Shown: one piece after another, positions 1 to 10,788 of the stretch | How the letters are laid out: each line of letters opens with the position of its first letter | How positions within the stretch are numbered: the stretch's first letter is position 1 | Assembly (NCBI RefSeq): GCF_947568905.1 | Contig: NC_079171.1 | Coordinates: 37,262,001 to 37,326,000 of the forward strand | Direction of reading: 5' to 3' | Length of the DNA stretch: 64,000 nt | Origin: Ostrea edulis | Lineage: Eukaryota | Program-made: the position numbers and the translations under genes | The notes under the pieces: generated by a model | The model's database searches: none | What the model was told of the DNA's origin: nothing | Seen by the model: the letters and a program-made list of their open reading frames with translations, nothing else

Positions 1-416
1 AAATTAGCCTTTCTAGTGATTTAAATAGTTATGGTTGGTCTACAGAATTGACCAACTCTGCATTGTATACATCAAGGTATGTGATGCAGAGAAATCTTGT
101 CACAAGCAAATAGTGAGTAAATTTATCTGTGTGGAAAGCATAAGGTTACTCAGCCCTACCAAATTTCCTGGTAAATGAATCAAATATCAGTTTGTCTCCC
201 TTGGCCTCACCGTCAGAGAAGAGATCAATCTGAGATGCCAAATCTGTCAAGGAAAATCCTTGATACCTTCCTGGTTTCAAATATACATTGTTTTACAAGT
301 ATAATTTTTACATTTTCTCAATATTCACATTTGAACATGAAAGGGGCATGGACACGATTTGGGCTTAAAGTTTTCTAATTTTATTTCCCATTTTCATGTA
401 TACAATGCTTAATTAT

Positions 417-525
417 GGTATTTCGAACGGTCAGCAAAATTTTTAATGTCATTTGTCAAGTTACAATCTATCTCCCATGTAACTCAACAAATGACATTAA
501 ATTCTTGCTGACCATTAGAAATACC
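417..525. repeat. Foldback (palindromic) MITE-like element
   Basis: Arms 417-465 (ggtatttcgaacggtcagcaaaatttttaatgtcatttgtcaagttaca) and 478-525 (tgtaactcaacaaatgacattaaattcttgctgaccattagaaatacc) are imperfect reverse complements around a 12-nt spacer. Confidence 0.75.
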
Positions 526-728
526 TTGGTTAGCAATGTAAACACTACAAATGTAGAAAATAAAGTTTGAAAATTTTCAGTTCAAATCATTTCCATGCCC
601 CTATAAAACCATTTTATTTTATTCAAGAAACCAGAAAAGTTTGCCCAATTTGACCTGAAATGCTGTATGGCTGCAGCAATGAGTCAAATTACATTATAGG
701 CTAATGAACAGATTCTCATATCCATTAG

Positions 729-965
729 AAGGACCTCCGTGGCAGAGTGGTTAGAGCATCGCGCTCAAATTCTCATCTCTGTCGGCGCGGGTTCGAATCC
801 CGCTCGCGCCGGCAAGTGAGAAAGTTTCCCAGTTTACTTTCGGAAGGTCGGTGGTCTCTTCCCAGGTGCATTGTGTCTGGGTTCTCTCTTCCACTAATAA
901 AAACAGATAACTGAAAAATTGGTGAGTGTGGTTGGTGAGTGTGGCGGAAAACATCAATCAATCAA
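729..965 (+). mobile_element. tRNA-derived SINE (central part resembles the mollusc Meta-type domain) with 13-bp TSD
   Basis: A-box-like tggcagagtggttaga, B-box ggttcgaatccc, (atca)n tail. Exact direct repeat tcatatccattag at 716-728 and 966-978. Confidence 0.9.
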
Positions 966-1462
966 TCATATCCATTAGTCAAGATAGCATTATGGGACTG
1001 TCTACAATTGTTAATTGAAAGCAAAAATGGAGGATATCTACATGTAAGAACTGGTTTTGCGAAATTTCATCTTACATAAATTCTCTTACACCAACATTAC
1101 CTGTTTATAGAAAATATAGCATGAATGAAAATTAGCTTAGAATAACTACATATTAAGCTCACCTGTCTGTCAGTTTACTATTGGATTTTTTAATGTTACA
1201 CATGAATTTATATCCTCCAATAAAATTAAAAACGCAAGTTTTAGCTTACATTAGTATGCAGATCAGAGTTGTTAATAGAATATTAATAAATCAACAAATA
1301 CATATTGTTGTCTGTTTAGTCATGAATGCATTGACTGTCCTGCCACTACAGACACTGGCGCAGAGCTGTTGGATATGGCTAAGCTCATCTGTCATTGCCA
1401 GTCTACTACATGCCTTAAGACCATTAAACTAAGACTTGACTTTTTATTCCTTATATTAACAA

Positions 1463-2117
1463 TAACCGTTTTTATTTACAATATATCTGTCGATTTGATA
1501 TATCCCTGTGAACTCGAGGTAGAAGACAACACAGTGTCCTCCATATCTGCTTCGTACTTGGATATTTTATTTTATATCAACGGCAAACTAACAACTCAAC
1601 TTGATGACAAATGGGATGATTTCAGCTTCTACGTGGTCAACTTCCCATATTTATGAAACAATATTCCATTATCACTTGCAAATGGCGTTAAATATCTCTC
1701 AACTGATTCGATACGCAAGAGCTTGTTCTGCGTATGATTAGTTTTTTTTTAAATCGAGACAGGCTGCCGACAGTTAATTTTACAGAATTCTCGTTTAACG
1801 TCAGCATTTCGCAGATCTTAAGGTCGTTATAATGAACGATTTTGCGAATACAACTTGTTATTAGGTCAACTGCTGTCTGACGTGTTTCATACCACTTGCA
1901 TTTCTTGGCACACTGATTCTGACTACGAATTACTGCGTTTATCTGGTCGGGAGATAGGGTTCAGGGTGGGTGTGATCGTTCGACAGGGGGATGCTTACTC
2001 CCCATAGGCACCTGATCCCACCTCTGGTATATCCAGGGGTCCGTGTTTACCCAACCAATTTTGTATTCCTTATAGGACCTATGAGATTGATCACTGTTCG
2101 TTATTTTCATCTTTCCG
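1463..2117 (+). mobile_element. 3' fragment of a Penelope-like retroelement (RT C-terminus plus 3' UTR)
   Basis: Degenerate reading IYPCELEVEDNTVSSISASYLDIL..NGKLTTQLDDKWDDFSFYVVNFPYL*NNIP..SQLIRYARACS is typical of the C-terminus of Penelope-like RTs. No GIY-YIG domain follows it. Confidence 0.7.
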
Positions 2118-2299
2118 TGTTGTTTCAAGGAATACAGTTGGATATTCAAAGATAATTTTGATTAGAGACAAATTCTGTCAGTCCAAATACAAGATTCCGT
2201 TTGTCCCTAAGAAGTAATGATCTACGCCATAGTGTTTCAATAATTTAGCTGGACTTGCAAATATCATTTTGAATATCAGCTAAAGATTAATTAACGAGT

Positions 2300-2570
2300 G
2301 TAATGTAAAACTTATACGGAACCAATTTTGGTGCACCAGATGTACATATCGGCAAATAATGTCTCTTCAGTGATGTTCAACCGAAACGTTTGAAATCCGA
2401 AATAACAATGGAGTTTTAGAGCTATTATAGGGAAAAACAGTGTGCCAAAAGGTGGAGTCAAATTCCTCTAAGGATAAGAGCTATGCGTGAGGAAGATAAT
2501 CGTAAATTTTGAGATGAATTTCTAAATTTTATAACAGCAATTGAATATACATGTAAGAAAATAAGGGACT
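2300..2570 (-). mobile_element. Retrozyme-like repeat, 5'-truncated copy; hammerhead motif at 2333-2376 has a mutated core
   Basis: Reverse complement reads acatca CTGAAGA gac attattt gcc GATA tgtaca TC tggtgc (GAAA changed to GATA). Confidence 0.8.
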
Positions 2571-3171
2571 GATACGAGAGCTGTTGAAAATTTCTGGTTG
2601 TCTGTGTCGATGAAGATCATATTATGTAGGAAAAATGGGGATAAATATTGAAATTGCGGGATCAGAAAAGAACTTTGGGGTGGATGACGATAAAAGAAGA
2701 ATTTTATAGCTATTTTGAATCGAAGTTTTGAGTAAAATTTGTTTCATCCCTTGTGTTTTTTTTTATTAGGGGATGGGATGGTGTAGACCTCCTGTTAGTG
2801 TTATTACAGACAAAGTTACTTTTTTTCAATCTGAATAAATTTTCTGATATGATACATGACATAGACGCTGACGACACCGAGAAATACAATCTTAGATACA
2901 ACATATCAAAATAAAACTCAAAATATTCAATATTTCATCAATATGAATGGAATTTTAAAAATATACAAGTGCAATCTAACATTCTGCAGGTGTTTTTATT
3001 GATGCAGGATTAGTCTGATGTATTTGGTGTTTCCGCGAATTCCAATTCCTACATATCCATAATTAAGACTGCGAAGTGTTTTGGGTCACAGAATTCGGAT
3101 AAAATACAATTTTGATTAGAACTTTTTTACTTTTTATAAACAGTAACAACTAGAAGATAAATGAATGCTGT

Positions 3172-3440
3172 GATTGTGTATTGTTTAACGCCCCGCTCCA
3201 TTCGGCAAATTTCGGTAGATTCCGGAATTGACCCAGGTGATCCGAATGGCCCCGCTCGAGAACATTTCACTTATATGGTGACGTCACCATTTTCAATGAA
3301 GGGCTCGACGCTTACGACCTTTTAGCAGGGATTAATCTTTATCGTACCACATATTCTGTGACACGGGACCTGGATTTTGTGGTCTCATTTGAAGGACCTT
3401 CCCATTTAATCGCCTCCTACGACAATGAGGACCGAGGCAG
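3172..3440 (-). mobile_element. SINE fragment of the same family as 30955-31277
   Basis: Reverse complement matches the 3' half of that SINE (ggtcccgtgtcacagaatatgtggtacgataaag ... ccatataagtgaaatgttctc ... gcgttaaacaatacacaatca). Confidence 0.7.
3199..3248. mobile_element. 50-bp micro-element with terminal inverted repeats and a target-site duplication
   Basis: cattcgg ... ccgaatg, flanked by gccccgctc at 3190-3198 and 3249-3257, inside a SINE. Confidence 0.7.
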
Positions 3441-4143
3441 ATGAAGACCAGTCCCATATTGAGAACCCTGTATGATCGTTATATTCTAATCCTGTTTCGG
3501 GATTTGTCAGTTTCAGTATGTATTAGTTCCCCTTTCGATTCTGTTCGTTTTTTGATAATTGCAGAATTGCATTACGGAAAGAGGATGGGATTCTTTAAAG
3601 ATTATTTAAACAACCACTATAGATTTTAGACACCATGACAATTTAACACATGTGAATGTTTGGTATTAATTTAATTGCTTTCTTGTTATTATTATATTTA
3701 TACCCTTACTGTGGTCTTCAACTACATTTAGATACATGGACGGCATTTTATCTACATATATCTATTACATCTAACAATACCAATTTTCATTATAGTCGAG
3801 TCGATATATCCTAGTGATCTCGAAATAAAAGACACAGTAAATTCTTTCATATATAAGTTTTGCATTATGACCCCCTGGGTTTAGGCCTCTGCTGGTGAAC
3901 TGTTAGTCCCTGAGGGTCTCTACAGCCCAGTAGCTAAGTACTTCGTTACTAGCTTGAAAATACGGATGTATATTTAATTGCTGTTATAAAATTTAGAAAT
4001 TCATTTGGAAATTAAGGATTATCTCCCTCATGCATAGCTCTTATCCTTGGACGAATTTGGCTCCACTTTTTTGGCACACTGTTTTTGGCTATATTTAGCT
4101 CCAAAACTTCATAGTTATTTCGGATTTCAAATATTTCGGTTGA

Positions 4144-4187
4144 GCATCACTGAAGAGACATTATTTGTCGAAATGTGCATCTGGTGC
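4144..4187 (+). ncRNA. Minimal type I hammerhead ribozyme motif
   Basis: gcatca (stem I) CTGAAGA gac-attattt-gtc (stem II) GAAA tgtgca (loopless stem III) TC tggtgc (stem I'). Predicted cleavage after 4181. Confidence 0.8.
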
Positions 4188-4494
4188 ATCAAAATTGGTA
4201 CCGTATAAGTTTTACATTATGACCCCTGGGTCGAGGCCTCTGCTGGTGGACTGTTAGTCCCCGAGGGTCTCTACAGCCCAGTAGAAAAGTACTTAATTAC
4301 TAGCTTGAAAATACGGATGTATATTTAATTGCTGTTATAAAATTTAGAAATTCATTTGGAAATTAAGGATTATCTCCCTCATGCATAGCTCTTATCCTTG
4401 GACGAATTTGGCTCCACTTTTTTGACACGCTGTTTTTGGCTATATTTAGCTCTAAAACTTCATAGTTATTTCGGATTTCAAACATTTCGGTTGA

Positions 4495-4538
4495 GCATCA
4501 CTGAAGAGACATTGTTTGTCGAAATGCGCATCTGGTGC
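4495..4538 (+). ncRNA. Minimal type I hammerhead ribozyme motif
   Basis: gcatca CTGAAGA gac-attgttt-gtc GAAA tgcgca (palindromic stem III) TC tggtgc. Predicted cleavage after 4532. Confidence 0.85.
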
Positions 4539-4563
4539 ATCAAAATTGGTACCGTATAAGTTT

Positions 4564-4706
4564 CCCAGTTCACTTTCGGAAGGTCGGTGGTCTCTTCCCA
4601 GCTACATTGTATCTGGGTTCTCTCTTCCACCAATAAAAACTGGGCGCCACCAAATAAGTTAAGAATTGGTGAGTGTGCAGAAAACATCAATCAATCAATC
4701 AATCAA
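4564..4706 (+). mobile_element. 3' half of the 729-965 SINE family
   Basis: cccagttcactttcggaaggtcggtggtctcttcccag ... aaaacatc(aatc)n matches 828-965. Confidence 0.85.
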
Positions 4707-6419
4707 ATGACTTTAGAAGAAAAAAAATATCAGCCAAGGTAACTTGCATGATGTTATCATATAATGTACATTAGCTGAGATTTGTTTCAGCAATTACTAA
4801 ATGATTTATCTGAAAAATTAGATTGTACAAAACATTAAAATGTGTTTTCTTATTCTTGTTACACATAAGTGACTCTGACATGTACAGGGAGTGACAGTAA
4901 GCCCCCAGACCCAAACTTATGCATATGATATTGAATAGGAGGAAACTACACCATTTACACATTAAATACTGATAGAAATACCCAGTATTCACTTTTATTT
5001 ACTTTGAATTTCCTTGTAGAAATAACCATATAGTAGAACTCTGCGTAGTGGAATTGAAACCCTTCAGCCAAATGTGCTAACCTCATGTGAAATTATTCAT
5101 AACCTTACTACCCAACTTAATTCTGAAAAAGCCTAAACAATATCATTATGTAAAGAGATAAAAGAAAATTGAGAAACAGTTAAAATGCTTTAACAAAAAT
5201 TTGAAAAGCACATTCAACAAAAAACAAAAAAAACAAAAAACAAAAAAAAAGAAACAAAACAAAACAAAATAAATAAACAAGTAACAGTGATGTTCCCAGT
5301 GTTACTAAATCTGAAAGTGGAAGGACAGAGTGAAGAAATCTAACTTCACAGGATTAACTACAAATGTTAAAGAAACTTGTACAAGACTCCTTTTCAATTT
5401 GTAATGAACGTGAAGATAAGGAGATTGATCTAGCTTGTAAGAATGTCTAACATACATCTGAATAAGGTGGTCAGAAAGCGTGATACACTTATGATGGCTT
5501 AGTCGTTTTTCGGGCAACATTGAATTTGCATGATTCCTAAATCCTCTTTTGTACCCTTATATGTTTTGTGGAATTCAGTACAATTAATAGTTGGTTTTCC
5601 TCTCACAGTTTCCAGTTTGGCTTATTACTGATAAAATGTTTCAGTTTCAGGCAGATGTTTAAATTTCCTCTTCTCTGGATTCCTCTCTGGAACTCGGTTT
5701 AGATAATAGATACATTGAATCAATATATTAATCAAATGAACAACTTAAATTTGGATTACATAGATGACCATTTTTTTTACTGCTAAATAATTACGAATGT
5801 ACTGTGAATTTTATGTGGAAAATGAAGACGCTTCCAGATTAAAAGAAATAGTATTTATGGTATTGTACATGTAGTTATAATTGTATCAATGGAATGTCCA
5901 TTTATCAATCAAAAACATTATCTTACCTGATGAAAAGAATATTTAACCTACAAATGTACATGTATACATATATTTTAAGTTATTAGTATCATTATTATTT
6001 TGGATGTCTGGTTTCCCTAAATGGTATAACATAAAATGCTCGGGGGATCCTGCCATCTACGCAAACAAACTGAAAAACGACCTGACCTGGACTTCTAGAA
6101 AGAAATTTAAGTCGAATCTTGGACTCAAGTCTGAGATTTTACTCAAATTTTGACTGCTTAAATAACAGAAAACTAAAAATTAAGTTTGAGATTTTTTCGA
6201 GAAATCGAGGTCATGGAATCGGGGGACTTGAAATTAAAATTTAATGGACTGTTTGCTTGTTTCATATAGTCAAAGCTATTGCTAATTTGTATTATTGTAT
6301 TAGATAGTTGAAATAAATGTTGATATATTGATTTAAAATTATTTTATTCAGTTTGATAATGACTGGAAAAAAAATGGCAGAGAAGTTTGAAATTTACATA
6401 GTTTCAAGTACCCATATCT

Positions 6420-6579
6420 TTGACATACATTTTTTGGCACGCTGTTTTTGGCTATATTTAGCTCTAAAACTTCATAGTTATTTCGGATTTCAAACATTTC
6501 GGTTGAACATCACTGAAGAGACATTATTTGTCGAAATGCGCATATGGTGCATCAAAATTGGTACCGTATAAGTTTTACA
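6420..6579 (+). mobile_element. Retrozyme-like repeat, 5'-truncated; hammerhead motif at 6507-6550
   Basis: acatca CTGAAGA gacattatttgtc GAAA tgcgca TA tggtgc, ending at ggtaccgtataagttttaca. Absent from the paralogous block. Confidence 0.8.
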
Positions 6580-7144
6580 CTAGATAGAAATATCACGGTG
6601 GGTGCTTGTGAACAGGACTTCCGGTAACCCCGCCCCATCCTCTTCTTGAATTTTTTTAAATATTCAATTCCTTGGGTATTTCGGATGTATTTTTTAAAAA
6701 AGATCAAATATGGATATGTACCTTCAGAGTACTGTTATTTCAATGGAAAACACAAATCTCACATATCAACATTTTTTTAAAATGTTAATCGCCGATCATA
6801 ATATATGAACCTAAGTTATAATCGGTGATGAGTCATTTTTAAAAATTGTCGGTTGAAATTCGAGTATCCCTTTGAAATACAAACACTCATGGTTTGTTGA
6901 TATAACTACCCAACAAGATCTAGGTCAAAACAAACTTTAAAACTATTTAAACAAGAGATATTGTATACAGGTATAGATGTCACACAGACATTTAATATAC
7001 AGCAATAGACTGAAGGTTGAAATAACAGGGAGGCATATTCTCACTGAAATCATTTAATTTTAAACTGAAAATCTATAACAGGATTCCGATACATAAAGAA
7101 AACACAGAGGCATATTGGAATTCCTCTTACCTATAAAAAGTCTG

Positions 7145-7271
7145 GACCCAGTTGCACAAATGTTAGTTAGCTTTAACTGGGAGTTAACTTGCCATTAACT
7201 TGAACATTTATATAGTGTTAATTTGAAGTTAACTGTCAGTTAAACTTAACAGACTTTTCTGCAACTGACCC
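7145..7271. mobile_element. MITE with CTG TSD (Harbinger-related type)
   Basis: ctg|gacccagttgcacaaa ... tttctgcaactgaccc|ctg; the TIR is imperfect. Confidence 0.6.
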
Positions 7272-7789
7272 CTGTTTACATGCATCACTTATATCATTAA
7301 CAAATTTGTTTTGACGTTTTTGAAAAGCACAGCAGTAAATATGAAATTGTTATTTGAATATTTCTTAGGAATTTTAAGTCTATGGAAACCAAGAAAATTA
7401 AGTTATCTTTTAATAATTATCATTAACAGTCATCGGTTTGTTTTCTTTATTAACTACCGCTTATATCAATACGATAGAATGATGCAACAATATGGCGTTT
7501 GATATGTATTCATTCAATACGCTCCTAGCAGTTTTTTTTTTTTTTTACATTTTGTACAGACTTTGGAAGGGTCAATTGGATTAGCTAAGTGTCAATTAAC
7601 ACCCTTGACAGCACAGGTAAACAATAGAAATTAAAGACACCACTCGTGTTTTTTCACACCTCCGCTTGATGATTTCCCACCTGGTCAGTTGGGCAGTCAA
7701 TTTGCACACCTGGACGATCTTGATCACTCTCGGGCCAAAATTTTCTTGTCTTCAAAAAGTGGCCGATATGTTAAGGGTAAATTACACAT

Positions 7790-7961
7790 GTTTGTTAACA
7801 AATGTATTTTAAAATGTGGCCGATGTCCGGTTCTCGGGGGTGGCCGGTTTTGTGAGACTTTCTTTGTAAGGAAATGTTAAGATTTCTGCCGGGACTTTGA
7901 AAATCGCCGATATTCAGGGAGAACCGGTTTTCTGAGGGGCCGGTTTGGAGAAGTTTCACTG
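7790..7961. mobile_element. pogo/Tc1-mariner-type MITE end
   Basis: Ends ccggtttggagaagtttcactg|ta, with ccggtttt sub-repeats. Homology to the paralogous block resumes at this TA. The left TIR was not found. Confidence 0.55.
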
Positions 7962-8126
7962 TATTTGGTATATCAATGCCTCATACATATCCCTCCATAT
8001 ATATTAATAATTCTACCATGTCTTTTGTTCGGACCTGTCAAAATCTTTAAAAAAAATCTTTAATTAAGATTCTCCGTTTTCATTGACAGCAAATTGCTTG
8101 TGTGATCCCGACATCAGACATCAGAA

Positions 8127-9288
8127 ATGCATCCCCGGCGCAGTGCTCAGGAAGTCCTATTGTTTGACCTCTGTGAAACTGTCCCCCTACAGAGGCATTG
8201 TGAACTATGTAAAATAAATAACTGTGTTAACTGCATGGAAAAACACATCTCGGTTTTGTCTAAACGACACAATGTGGTGAACTATTTACACAGAAAGTCT
8301 ACTCCTAACTACCCGAAATGTCCGAAACACAACGAACTGCCTGCGTCTCCTATGTTCAACAAAAGGTCACAAGATATCAGCTACTCTGGAAAAACTCAGT
8401 TTTAAAACACGAAATTTACAAAACGATTTGGAAGAATTGGAGACCAGAATTTATCCCCGATATGAAGAAATGGTGTCCAATGTCCAAACTGAGAAAGCTG
8501 AATTAGAAACACATTACGGGGAACTGAGAACAGCTGCCGACCAACAAGGATAAGTCTGGCACCGAGAAATCACCGCCATTGTCAATCAGCGGAAATCTGA
8601 TATTGAGGAGACGAAAAATAAACATTTATCTACCCTGAATAGAAATACAGAAGAAATCACACAGAGAATTACTGAACTCAAACAGATCATTTCCGACTTG
8701 AAATTACAAAATACTAGAATCCAATGACGTTTCCTTAACCTCTAGTTACATATCTAGGAATTCCGAGTTTAGAACATTACCGCCTAAAGTCCGATTTACA
8801 TCACCGAGTTTCTCTCCTCAGAATCAGCTTGATGAAATGTTTGGTTCTCTGTCTCCATTATCCAATCGCACAAAGGAACAAGGTTACCAAATGAATTCAC
8901 CAGAAGCTATGTCGTCTCCTTCAGTCAAACCACTACTTGATATCCGCGACTCACCGCCACCATAGACACTGATTATTCACCACTGAGCTGCCTCAATGAT
9001 GAACAAGTCTGGACATGTGGTGGGAATAACGAAATCATGAAGCTCTTAAACCTCCAGGGTAAACTACTAACATCGATACAAACCGAGTCGGATAATGCAC
9101 CACAAGACATAGCAGTCACACGTGATGGAGATCTTGTTTATACTGACACTACTAAAAGAACTGTAAACCTAGTGAAGAATTAACAAATACAGAACATGAT
9201 CACACTACAGGAGTGGACACCTTGCTTTGTCTGCAGTACCGCCTCTGATGATCTGGTTATCATGGACAGCGCCGATGAAACACAATCC

Positions 9289-9319
<31 letters not shown>

Positions 9320-9741
9320 CACAAACCATTCAGTTTGATGATCAGGGTCGTCCTCTTTATTCATCTGATTATAACTATAAATACATCTTTGAGAACAGGA
9401 ACCTGGATATTTGTGTGGCTGACAATGCAGCTAGAGCAGTAGTTGTGGTCAACCAGTCAGGAAATTTCCGATTTAGATACACTGGTCATCCCTCTAATAC
9501 CAAGGAATCATTTTATCCAATTGGCATCACTACAGACAGCCAAAGTCATATCATGACAGCAGACTTTAACAATGGCTGTATCCACATCCTAGATCAGGAT
9601 GGACAGTTCCTCCGTTACATTCAGAACAGTGATTTATACGGTCCATTCGGTTTATGTGTGGACATCAGAGACAACCTTTTTGTGGCTGAGTTATATACTG
9701 AAAAAGTGAAGAAAATCCAATATCTATCAACACATTGTTAG
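8127..9741 (+). pseudogene. B-box/coiled-coil/NHL TRIM-like pseudogene (copy 1)
   Basis: Collinear with 39661-41350 but has a deletion in B-box 2, in-frame TAA at 8551-8553 and 9181-9183, and several frameshifts. The NHL part (9196-9741) is still open: [65 protein letters not shown]. Confidence 0.9.
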
Positions 9742-10616
9742 TTACACTGTGTTACACCTACCCACACAGTGTTGATTACATATGATAAATATGTGGAAAG
9801 TGCTATTTACAACAGTGTGTTGATTACAACCACTTATTAATTACAGCTGTGTGTTAATTACAGTCCGGTGTTTGTGATTTGTAATGAACATGTTCTTGTG
9901 TTTGTGTGTTTAACTGATTGAACATAAGTTTCTCACTGCTGTTTTATAATTTTAGTGGAACTAATTTTTAACTTATTATCAATTTGACCATGTCACTAGT
10001 TATTCATATATTCCATATACAATCTCTCCTACACATGTGAATCACTGAACACAATTCAATAAATATAGATCAGATATTGGGATGTGAATTTCACTTTGTC
10101 AATATTTTGTGTGTAGTCTTGAATTATAGTACATCCACTACTGAATACTAACATACAGTATATGGGTATACTTGTTTTGATGTGATAAACTACTAATTGA
10201 TCATTAATCTGTTAATCATATATTTCAATGTTTAATTCTTAATGTATATATAGATACATATTTCTGATTTTGAATAGTTTATCTTTATCAGCTCACATGA
10301 ACCAAATCGATTTTTTGTCGTTGATTAATTATATCATTAAGCAAGCTTCCCCAGCTAGATAGGACAGATAACAGTTTAACCACTTTGATCGAGGCTTCCT
10401 TCCTAATAACAAACAAGAATTATTCAAACAAACAAAAATTGATTTTCAAAAGAAACAAAGAAAGGTAATTGATAAAGAAAATCAGCACAACCACTCACAC
10501 ACCAATCACGTGCCTAGTAAGACTAATATTCATAATAATAGGAGAACAGTACCTATTACATATGCATAAATCTTCTTCACAGCCTCACATCTGTAAGAAA
10601 AAGTAAATGAATAGTC

Positions 10617-10788
10617 ATGCAGAGCAGGAAGGCCTCTACCGAAGTTTCATGATCACCGCTGTGAAGATTCTCTCCAGTATTTATGTATAAAGTATTTAAA
10701 TAACATATCCTTCACTGCTATGTTGCGTCTCCATATCAGTGAAACATTCTCGAGTGGGACGTTCAACAAGATACAACCAATCAATCAA
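10617..10788 (+). mobile_element. SINE 3' fragment (paralogue at 44237-44428)
   Basis: ctccatatcagtgaaacattctcgagtgggacgttcaacaagatacaaccaatcaatc matches the tail of the 30955 SINE. Confidence 0.65.

Larger units (their letters stand above)
3853..4563 (+). mobile_element. Tandem dimer of a ~351-352 bp retrozyme-like repeat
   Basis: Unit ataagttttg/acattatgacccc.. recurs at 3853 and 4205, and the second unit ends at 4563. Each unit contains a hammerhead motif. Confidence 0.9.

Noticed and set aside
735-812. tRNA gene
   Set aside because: It is the head of a SINE: it continues into a SINE body and tail and is flanked by a TSD.
2060-2117. SECIS element in the Penelope-like 3' UTR
   Set aside because: No convincing AUGA/GA quartet with an apical AA could be folded by eye.
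3853-4563. CRISPR array or simple satellite
   Set aside because: No repeat-spacer structure and a eukaryotic context; the ribozyme motif explains the unit better.
6353-6571. ORFs such as 6353-6571, 33179-33370, 4478-4690 and 18593-18778 with similar peptides
   Set aside because: They are translations of the retrozyme and SINE repeats, with stops and frameshifts at different places in each copy.
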